This document shows positions 54,901 to 64,000 of a DNA stretch of 64,000 nucleotides, in pieces; within the stretch, counting starts at the first letter, position 1; the number at the start of each line of letters is the position of its first letter. The notes under the pieces were generated by a model. The model was not told where the DNA came from. It worked only from the letters and a program-made list of their open reading frames with translations, and ran no database searches. Origin of the DNA: Eledone cirrhosa. Lineage: Eukaryota. A program made the translations under genes and the position numbers. The stretch lies in the NCBI GenBank assembly GCA_964016885.1, contig CAXHJY010000715.1:1-64000 (forward strand), given 5' to 3'.

Positions 54901-55399
54901 GCAGTGCTACCGAGGAGCTCTACCAGTTCGAGACAAGCTCTACAGACATGGGCGCCCGGGCAGGGACCCTGCAAAAAAGATCTGTCCGAGGTGCGTGCGA
55001 GACGAAGAAACCGTCGCGCACGCATTCATACACTGCCCGGGCGTCACTGACCTGTGGGGCTATGTAGAACGACTATTGTCGCGGGTGGGACCAATCCGGT
55101 TGACCACCGAGTCCATTGTCATGATCAAACCGCCACCCTCCTTCAAAAACGAAGGAGAGGCGGTTTTCCTTTGTGTGATAGCTATGGCGAAAGAGGTTGT
55201 ATGGTGGACAAGGTTGAAAGGGCTGAGGTCAGACACCTTTCTCTCCGGCCAACAACTGATTCTTTTTTTCAAATACCACTTTGGAAGAAGAATCAGGATG
55301 GAGAGAGAGGTGCTGTACCCCAGCAAGTTTTATGAAAGGTGGGTGAAAGTGGCGAGAATGGCCCGAGTGAATGGGCCTTCTCTCTATATCAGCCTGTAG
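51962..55399 (+). CDS. Tx1 ORF2: APE endonuclease + reverse transcriptase + CCHC, 1145 aa, uninterrupted
   Basis: NVRGL, GDWN, SYLDRV, SDH (APE); KSPGLDG, FRPITLLN, LDQSKAFDRVDH, RQGCPLS, YADD (RT); CPRC...HAFIHC. Confidence 0.95.
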   Translation: MANIRVGCVNVRGLGMPWKQGKLLNDLRSHSLDVVAICESRIHGERQLAPIFDDFEIYASLCQPGGGGGVAVLLRKHLGLVTQTVHLDPEGRLVVLDVDGSEGGAFRLVAAYAPSGTPRPDFFKRLETFLGTSRSLLLVGDWNGILDARWDYVGACPDKGGCNSLKQLIDRFDLADRYRLDFPTAPLWTWSNRSGTSRSYLDRVLVRNKDRDMLSCPQMFMVAYSDHKLVTCMANLDRTHRQGPGYWKLNLSLPTSKAYSRRISTLVKQHLTGAIVNNRWWYSLKRAVRLDSIVFSKELALDRNRTEKELVDKVEEAIRSGNVASVLATRTALDQFFDAKHEGCVVRSKIRALGNEGAKAVSWARVTEAKSGNKSTIRSLKDQNGRVIREPKQMCAAFQRHFARLFGGSGAPGEAMDFGPYLDGLPRLSDSEAKFCEKPISATEIGDALSQCGKRKSPGLDGLPYEFYVAMPDLFSGLLEAVYCNWQQNGRIPSSVTGGVVTLIRKDENKGDDIGNFRPITLLNTELQILAKVLAKRLALVVENLVGEAQTCAIPTRSIHDNLHLMRYIIERVGCKPGFGGALINLDQSKAFDRVDHRYLDAVLEAAGFGPVFRSWIAAMHNSNICSRVKVNGYLSEPFHITRSIRQGCPLSSLLYVLTLEPLLRKLELLQGIPLEPGLRKAASAYADDVTVMVSSASQIEEVGTLLKEYESLTGAKLNRDKSIGLQLGSWRGRPMPSDGVVGRWTEGPVKLLGVWFGPDLQVEKNWNEVTAKVFALTQKWAECKLSLKGRAEVANTFIASAIYYRLTVVPCPAKTLAKMERALFRFLWKRRAPLVRRSICCQHPSNGGLGMPWLTMRKHALRLRHLYVFLTGQPVWAPFVRRAFPRLVSLTELQSWVKQRPRKMGDWHIECAQALTALWQADPAISGDSTSSFYRGLVRSKCDDALGETLGVEEDELASLFGRTFRPGPMDNFQKSLAWQCYRGALPVRDKLYRHGRPGRDPAKKICPRCVRDEETVAHAFIHCPGVTDLWGYVERLLSRVGPIRLTTESIVMIKPPPSFKNEGEAVFLCVIAMAKEVVWWTRLKGLRSDTFLSGQQLILFFKYHFGRRIRMEREVLYPSKFYERWVKVARMARVNGPSLYISL

Positions 55400-55638
55400 G
55401 TTGAGGAAAAGGAGGAGGAGAGGAAAGGAGTACAAGCTCTTCGTACTCCTGGAGATGAGGGTTGCACATTTTTTTCGGGGGTCTGTGTTACCCATATAAA
55501 CTGTCTCCCTCTATTGGGGAAAATCGACTAACTTTTAAATTCCATCTGTGATAACATTTTACACGTTTTTATTGTATGTAAACTTCCCCCTTTGTATTTG
55601 TCCCCTTCTTTTGTGCCCCTGTGGCTAATAAAGAAATA

Positions 55639-55690
<52 letters not shown>

Positions 55691-56361
55691 CATCTACGAC
55701 ACGATGTAACAGGCTATTGAACAGCGTGAGATTTAAAACCAAACATCACGTATATCACGTGTATCTATCTAATCCACCTCACTTCAATCCTGCAGTCAGT
55801 ACAACGACTGCTTCCACCTTCCACATTTCAATACCTCCAGTGAAACCAACGAACGGAAAAGGAACATCATATGACTTAGTCTCTTATAACATGATATACA
55901 CACATATGTGTGCGTGTGTATATACACGCATGTATATATATATATATATATATATATTTGCATATGTATATAAATACACACAAGGTTGAGATCAAAAAGA
56001 TCAACAAGCCCCTACTGACAAGTTTGATGTCTTGTGTTCGGGTGACATTATTGCTTACAGTATATATAATATCGTTTATTATCACTTATATTAAAAAATT
56101 CTGGACCGGTTTTCACACACATACACACATATCTATGTATGTATATTTATATATATATATGTACATATATATATGTATATATATATATATGTGTATGTAT
56201 GTATGTATTTATATATATATATATATATTATACATATAAACAAACACTCGCGCACACACACACGCGCATATGCAAACATACATATATATATATACATATA
56301 TATATATATAATATATAAGTATATATATATGTGTGTATATATATATATATATAATATATAA

Positions 56362-56442
<81 letters not shown>

Positions 56443-56522
56443 AATACAGTCTTCGGATTATTGAATCTAAATAATTCATATCTGCAATATTTCTTAAACG
56501 ATTCATTTTATGTTGTTGTTGC

Positions 56523-56561
<39 letters not shown>

Positions 56562-56636
56562 CGTTCTTCTTCTTCTTCTTCTTTTTCTTCTTCTTCTTCT
56601 TCTTCTTCTTCTTCTTCTTCTTCTTCTTCTTCTTCT

Positions 56637-56671
<35 letters not shown>

Positions 56672-56719
56672 GTCCTCCACCATTCCAAATATTCCAATAT
56701 ATTCTTGCGTACCCTTGTA

Positions 56720-56817
<98 letters not shown>

Positions 56818-57535
56818 TACCAGCAGAACAATCATACATACTACTTCCATCTCTCTTAACTAACACTACCACTACCACTGACACAACCACTAACACTAAC
56901 ACTAACACTAACACTGCCACTACTACTATTACTACTACCACTAACACTAACATTAACACTACCACTGACACAACCACTGACACTACCACTAACACTAACA
57001 CTAACACTAACACTGACACTACCACTAACACTACCACCACTACCACCACTACCACCACCTCCACCACTACCACTACTACCACTACCATTACTACCACTAC
57101 TACCACCACCACTACTACCACCACTACCACTACTACCACCACTACCACCACCACTACTACCACCACTACCACCACCACTACCACCTCCACCACCACCATC
57201 ACCATTACTACCACCACTACCACTACCACCGCTACCACTACTACCACCACCACTACTACCACTACTACCACTACCACCACCACTACTAGCACTACTACCA
57301 CCACCACTACCACCACCACTACCACCACCACCACCACCACCACCACCACCACTACCACTATGTATGTGAGACAATAACAGTTCCTTATCTATAATTCACC
57401 AATATTGAACTGTAAAATTCTTCATATTATTCCATAGACTTTCCTCTCCTTTCAGCCGTCATTTTAATAATAATATATTGATTTATCTTCTTTTTCCTTC
57501 TCTCTGCTCCTTCATTCTTTCTTTCCTCATCACTT

Positions 57536-58060
57536 TTGTTCAACATGTATTTCCATAATAATTCTTTCAACACTCCTTCAGTCTTCTTGGTTTTCATTCA
57601 ACCTTTTTTTTTTCAATTTTTATTCCTTCAAAATTCTCTCAGTCTTCTTCGTATTTATTCAACATGTATTTCATTCATTATTCTTTCAACTCTCTTTCAC
57701 TTTTCTTGGTTTTCATTCAACATGTATTTCCATCTTTATTCTTTCAAAATTCTTTCAATCTTGGTTTTCATTCAACATGTATTTCCATCTTTATTCTTTC
57801 AAAATTCTTTCAATCTTGGTTTTCATTCAACACGTATTTCCATCTTTATTCTTTCAAAATTCTTTCAATCTTGGTTTTCATTCAACATGTATTTCCATCT
57901 TTATTCTTTCAAAATTCTTTCAATCTTGGTTTTCATTCAACATGTATTTCCATCTTTATTCTTTCAAAATTCTTTCAATCTTGGTTTTTATTCAACATGT
58001 ATTTCCATCTTTATTCTTTCAAAATTCTTTCAATCTTCTTCGTCTTCATTCAACATGTAT
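57536..58060. repeat. 55-bp minisatellite, ~6 near-perfect units plus degenerate flanking units
   Basis: ttcattcaacatgtatttccatctttattctttcaaaattctttcaatcttggtt with 55-bp period (57721, 57776, ...). Confidence 0.92.
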
Positions 58061-58267
58061 TTTACTTTATATTTATATACTTTTCCATTTCTTCTTTCAT
58101 CATTTGTTCACATTTCTTTCATTCAATCCCAATTCTTTCATTCCTTTATATAATCACTTATCTGTCAAGCCTCATTCAATCGCCTTCATCTACTCATTGC
58201 TTATTCGTTTCATTTTCTTTTTGTTTGTATTCTTCCTTATTATTTTTTCGTCTTAACCTTTTAACCT

Positions 58268-58308
<41 letters not shown>

Positions 58309-58733
58309 ACACTCCCCCTCTCTCTCACACACACACTCCCCCTCTCTCACACACACCCTCTCTCTCTCACACACATACATACACACACACCCCTCTCTCT
58401 CTCTCACACACACACACACTCCCCCTCTCTTTCATACACACACACACACTCCCCCTCACTATCACACACGCACACACACACTCTCTCTCTCACTTACACA
58501 CACACACACTCCCCCTCTCTTTCACACACACTCTCACTCTCACTTACACACACACTCCTCCTCTGTATCACACACACTCTTCCCCTCTCTCTCACACAAC
58601 GACACAATCTCAATCTCTCACAAACACACTCCTTCCCTCTCACTCAAATACAAACATTCACACTCTCTCACTCTCATACTCTCCCTCTCAATCACACTCA
58701 CACACACACACACATTCTCTCTCTCTCTCTTTC

Positions 58734-58802
<69 letters not shown>

Positions 58803-58825
58803 TTATATATTTATTTATCTATCTT

Positions 58826-58916
58826 TATTAATATTATATGATTTTTATGTAAAACCCCCGCCGTCACGTCTTGTAATGTCCCATTTTTTGTACTCCCTTG
58901 TGGCAAATAAAGAAAG
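58826..58916 (+). mobile_element. Very short 3' fragment of a Tx1-related element in (TATC)n
   Basis: tatgtaaaaccccc...ttgtaatgtccc...cccttgtggcaaataaagaaa resembles the 3' end at 55575-55636; (TATC)n on both sides. Confidence 0.65.
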
Positions 58917-58917
58917 A

Positions 58918-58968
<51 letters not shown>

Positions 58969-59164
58969 ATATCTATAGATATAGATATATAGATATCTAT
59001 ATATCTATGGCTACATCCTCTGGGTCGGAACACCTCGGTATCTTAAATACAAATCTGTCATAAGCATTAAAACTGGATCTCACTTAGAGGATACCTTCCA
59101 AAATGTGTCAGTGACCCTGAAAAGTATCACGACACAGCCCTTCTCTTCCTAAGACAAAAAGAAA

Positions 59165-59345
59165 AATAATTGATTTAGGCACAAGGCCAATAACGTTGTG
59201 GTGGGTGGGGTGGGGTGGGGGGATTAAATAGACCCCAGTACGTTACTAATACTTTATTTAAATGACCACGTAAGGATGGACGACAAAGGCAAAGATAACC
59301 TCGGCAGGATTTGAGCTAAGAACGTAAAGAGCCGGAACTAAATAA
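59165..59345 (-). mobile_element. Octopus-type SINE, diverged
   Basis: aggcacaaggcc...gaccccagtac...aaaggcaaag...cctcggcaggatttgagc is the reverse complement of the 37253-37442 family. Confidence 0.75.
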
Positions 59346-59474
59346 AACTAAAGTAACACAACGAAAACAAACATTAATATTATTATTAATGTTATAGTAA
59401 TTTTATTTTACAACTTTGGTCAGTATCTGATGCAAACACTGCGGGTGAGAGGTGTTAATAGACACAAAGCTGGA

Positions 59475-59518
<44 letters not shown>

Positions 59519-59612
59519 AGTGAATAAATAAATAAATACATAAAACAAATGAAAAGGAAAGAAGAAGAAGAAGAAGACAACGACGACGACCACCACCACC
59601 ACCACCACCACC

Positions 59613-59646
<34 letters not shown>

Positions 59647-60102
59647 CAACAACAACAGAGTGTTTCCAGACTTTCCTTTTTCGTATCCGAAATCAGGCGA
59701 AAATCTTATCTCATTCGGCCACGAGTTGACTTTCAATGTGAAATAGAAGAATAAAAAGTGATTGGAAAATTGGTGAGAATGATTTGTTCTGTGAACTAAT
59801 AGAAATATTGTATAGAGGAGGGGTGAAGGGGGGAGGAAGGAGAGAGAGAGGAGAAAGGAAGGAAGTAGAGAGAGAGGAGAAAGTGAGGGCGAGAGAGAAA
59901 AACGAGAGAGGAACAAAGAAGAGAGAAAGTGTAATAAGAGTGAGAGAGTGAGAGTGGCAAAGAGAGATAAAGAGGAGAGGGAGAAAGGGGAAGAGGAGAA
60001 AAGAATAAAAGGGTGAGAGAGCAGGGAGAGGAACAAAGAAGAGAGAAAGAAACAAAAGAGAGAGAGGGGGGAAAAAGAGAGATATCAGAGAGAGAGAGAG
60101 AA

Positions 60103-60165
<63 letters not shown>

Positions 60166-60774
60166 AAGAAGGGAGAGCGAGTTAAAGAAAGGGGAGAGTA
60201 TCTAAGAAAGGGGAGAGAGTTAAATAAAGGAGGAGAGACAGAGTGTGTGAGTGTGTGTGTGTATGTATGGAAAATAATATACATATATGTGTATATGTAG
60301 TAAATAAAAGAATGGTTTTATTCGGAGAAGTAGAATGGTTAATTCCAAACATTGGCAGCAAGTGTGCCGTAGAGATATTCTATAAATTCTATATATTTCC
60401 ATAATGTTCCAAAGACCACACTTCTGTGTGGGTGGGGGTGTCTAGCTAAAATATAATATGGTACTTCGTGGAGTTTGGTATATGTAATCATGTATGTATG
60501 TATTGTATATATATATATATATATAGGTATGTATCTCTAATGTATGCATCAGTGTTTATATATATATATATGCATGTGCGTGAGTGTATGTGTGTGGATG
60601 GATGTATGTGTGAGTGGGCACCTCCGTGTCTGTATATGTGTGACTTGAGATGTATCGGTTATTTGTGAAAGAATATTATCTGAATGTTGTTTAAATTGGC
60701 TGTTTTAATATTGATTGAGAAATAAAATCGATATGTTCATATATGTGAGTATGTGTCCGTGTATGTCCTTAAAC

Positions 60775-60840
<66 letters not shown>

Positions 60841-61312
60841 ATGCAGAGATACATAGATATATATGTACATATATATATATACATATATACACACACACAT
60901 ATATATATATATATGTATATAAAACTTGCAAAAGAAATATATAAATATACATATATATAATATATATATTAATACATCATACGTACATTCATTTATACAT
61001 ACATTCATATATACATACATAAACCATACGTGTATATATAAATGCATACATATAGACATTCATATACACACATACACACCTACACAAAGACGTCTGCGTG
61101 TGTGTATCTGTGTGTGATGCCTGTGTGTGTGCCTGTGGTTGTGTGTGCATGCGTGTATGTATGTGTGTGTGTGTCTGTGTTTGTAGCTGGGTCTGTGTGC
61201 ATGCGTGTGCGTGTGAATATTGAATCAGTGATATTGAACAGTCTTATCGAACATACACATGGTTGGAACGTATTTATATAACTTATGTATATGAATGTAA
61301 GTACAGATATTA

Positions 61313-61409
<97 letters not shown>

Positions 61410-61410
<1 letters not shown>

Positions 61411-62368
61411 AGATCAAAAGATGGTTAAAAGAGTTCCATGTATTTTATTATGCGCATTTCAAAAACAAATATCATCATGCAATAACATTTGTGTTTTCAT
61501 CAGATAAAATAGGAAGACATGATATGAAGGTTAAAAACACTTGTGGATAGTGCAGTTTTAAATCAACATATGAAAAGTAGTTTTAGATTGATGTGTGATA
61601 TTGGGAAAAAAAATGTTGAGGGGGGTGGGGGTGGAAAGGATGAAAAAGAGGAGGATATGAGAGTAAAAAGTGGAGGGGGAGGAGTATAATGAGGAAGGAT
61701 GAGATAGGAGGAGAGATGAGTGATAGAGAGAGAGAGATAGCTTTTATAACTGAGAAAAATATATTGTTTTACATAGAGAGGTTGAAAAACCGTTGGAAGA
61801 TAATGTATAAATTAAAAGAATTTGAAAATTAACGAAGAGAAAAATAATGTAAAGTTAAGGTTTGTATATTGAAGGGTTTAATAATATGTGCGATGGAAAG
61901 AAAATGTTAATATGTATTAAGAATAATATTTAAGGGTTTAATAATATGTGCGATGGAAAGAAAATGTGGATATTTATTATTAAAAATAGCAAAGGTAATG
62001 TAAGTAAGGATATATTGTGAAAAAAGTAGAAGATGGGATGAAATAGTTAGATGAGCATGAAAGTGAGAAAAAAATAATGAATTGAGGATGAATAATCTAA
62101 AGTCAAAAAAATTTTTATGTTTACGAAGGATTTTTTCAAGGTGATATAAAGTAATAATATATTGTATTGTGTAATAATTGTTTCTATGTTAGGCACAGTG
62201 AGAAAAGGTACAGATTAGGGGTTAGAAATTAAAAGAAAAAGAAAGGAAAAGGAAAAGGAAGAAAGGGAAGTGATAAATAGGAGTGATATAGAATGAGTAA
62301 CAAGTATTATATAATGTATAATAAATAACTTTGAAATAAGGTAGAAAGATGGGTATATTTTTAAAGAA

Positions 62369-62409
<41 letters not shown>

Positions 62410-63615
62410 CCTTTGAGAAAAGGATTCTAAATTGATAAAGTATTGGATATTAGCTGTATACTTTATGGAATGTTCTGTGGAATTTATGCAAGCAGAGAGA
62501 AAACAAGTCAGTGCGTCTATTTATTATAGAATCTAAATTAGATATAATGGTAAATTTTTCATTTAGACAAAGATTGCAAGTCTTGGATAGAGAACTGTTC
62601 AAGTTTGAAGAAGCAGAAGAAACCTTTTTCCAAGAGATGTTATATTTAATATTTTTGTCTTTCAAGGACCATATGAGTTCTGAGAGAGCCGTGTTGGTTC
62701 TTTTAAGTTGGTATTTAAAAGACGAATGATGATTATAAATACGAGCTTTAAAAGAGGTGGAAGTGGAGCCAAAATAGGTGAAGGAATTGGTGTCAGTTAT
62801 AACTTTACATTCGTAGATTAAGTTTTTATCAAGACAATGGTTGTTGAGAGGACATTTATTTTTAACATGGCAATTGCAATTGCGATTAGAGAGATTATTA
62901 ACGAGTGACCTAGTGTTATCTATAGAAGGAATTGGATTGGAGAAGTTATTTGCGATAGGAATAATAGTTTCTTGATTTAGAATGGGATTAAGAACATTTA
63001 GCGAAGTTATGTTTGACGTGGTATTTGGGTTTGCAGAAATTAGCCTAGGGTTTACAATGACGTCGGGAGTACTATTACTATTATTATGATATTCAGTGTT
63101 GGAAGGAAGAGATTTAGTATTTAGTATTTTATTGTTGTGTTTAGAGATAATGTTGGAAATGCTGGAGGATGTCGAATAGGAAAATTTTATAGTGTGTTTG
63201 TTAAATATTTTACTATAGATATGTGAGGGAGGGAAGCATTTATTTAAGGCACTAAAGAATAATTTAGGAATATTATTATTAATAGAGATGGAGAAAGGAG
63301 CATTATACCAGATTATGTTTTTGTATCTAGGTCTTTTATTAAAGTTATTGGAATGATCATGATTAATTATTCTACTGTAAGATCTTCTAGAATTTGTTTC
63401 TTTACTATATTTGATTTTATCAGGATAGCCGGCTTTAGAAAGCGCGTTATTATAGTAATTGGCGTTAGCATCAAAGATGTTTTTATTAGAAGATAGGTTA
63501 GATATTCTTTTTCCAATATTACTAACTATAGCATTCTTAATATTAGTAGGGTGGTTAGATTTAAAATTAACATAATTTAGGTTCTCATTGTTTTTATGGT
63601 AAGGGTAATATAGGC
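61410..63615 (-). mobile_element. Penelope-like element, 5'-truncated (RT thumb, linker, GIY-YIG, ~1-kb 3' UTR, hammerhead)
   Basis: Hand translation: YPYHKNNENLNYVNFKSNHP...IIWYNAPFS...KIFNKHTIKFSYS...CNC..KCPLNNHCLDKNLIYEC..TYFGSTSTSFKARIYNH..CNLCLNEK..IINRRTDL; the 3' end abuts (TA)n. Confidence 0.9.
61441..61511 (-). ncRNA. Type I hammerhead ribozyme at the 3' end of the Penelope element
   Basis: Reverse complement of the motif at 9361-9431 (CTGATGA...GAAA tgcgca TA). Confidence 0.85.
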
Positions 63616-63622
63616 TACACAG
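62450..63622 (-). pseudogene. 390-codon stop-free Penelope frame (C-terminal part of the RT-GIY-YIG protein)
   Basis: Codon-by-codon reading shows no stop from 63622 to the TAA at 62450-62452. No ATG/GTG/TTG occurs until 62665, so the track reports only 71 aa. Confidence 0.85.
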
Positions 63623-64000
63623 CTAAGTATTCTATAAGTCTCTAGCTGTGTCATTCTCGATAAAAGCACTGGATATGTAATCCTGAAGATTTCTAATAAG
63701 AATGAAACGCGTAGGTTACTTCCCTTGCTTTTATCGAGAATCTAATTGTCATACGTGACGTATTCTATTCTATAGCGATTAGGTCTTCAAAATGTTTATT
63801 ATAAACATACAGAATATTTTCGAATATTCTATGTCTATCTTCACATATATATCGCTATTTCAAAGCATTTAATCCAATTTCTAATTTCTGCCGGACCGGC
63901 AACCGCTCTTTCAAACCAGTTCCTGTACACAGCTAAGTATTCTATAAGTCTCTAGCTGTGTCATTCTCGATAAAAGCACTGGATATGTAATCCTGAAGAT
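63616..64000 (+). mobile_element. 310-bp tandem unit with hammerhead (candidate non-LTR retrozyme or foreign pLTR); runs off the right edge
   Basis: 63616-63690 is identical to 63926-64000; non-coding; multiple hairpins. Confidence 0.7.
63677..63719 (+). ncRNA. Type I hammerhead ribozyme, intact core
   Basis: gtaatc-CTGAAGA-tttctaataagaat-GAAA-cgcg-TA-ggttac; stem I is extended by a perfect 15-bp pairing 63654-63668/63726-63740. Confidence 0.85.

Larger units (their letters stand above)
49792..55636 (+). mobile_element. Full-length Tx1-like (L1 group) LINE, ~5.85 kb
   Basis: 5' UTR, ORF1 with zinc knuckle, ORF2 APE-RT-CCHC, 3' UTR with AATAAA at 55627; (TATC)n directly upstream and downstream. 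Confidence 0.92.

Noticed and set aside
57536-58060. 55-bp repeat and the long ORFs crossing it
   Set aside because: Plain minisatellite with a period not divisible by 3; the same peptide appears in all three frames.

Overview
This is eukaryotic, AT-rich, microsatellite-saturated non-coding DNA. The SINE families and repeat landscape suggest an octopus/cephalopod genome (inference). I found no host gene, rRNA, tRNA gene or CRISPR array, and almost all short ORFs in the track are microsatellite translations. The real content is mobile elements, and each retroelement type sits in its own simple repeat. (1) Two R4/Dong-clade RLE retrotransposon families (8 copies, one full-length but frameshifted) lie in (ACAT)n, all in one orientation. 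(2) An RTE LINE with three C-terminal C2H2 zinc fingers (3 copies) and a ~610-bp non-autonomous partner lie in the same repeat in the opposite orientation. (3) A full-length Tx1-like LINE with an intact 1145-aa ORF2, plus a short 3' fragment, is flanked by (TATC)n on both sides. (4) About a dozen Penelope-type hammerhead-ribozyme modules lie between (TA)n tracts, several with fold-back inversions; one belongs to a Penelope-like element whose 390-codon frame is mostly missed by the ORF track. At the right edge a highly structured 310-bp tandem unit with an intact hammerhead is a candidate retrozyme/circRNA. Also present: a head-to-tail Helitron dimer, SINEs and several minisatellites. All calls come from reading and hand-translating the sequence; no database search or folding program was run, and element boundaries inside repeats are approximate.
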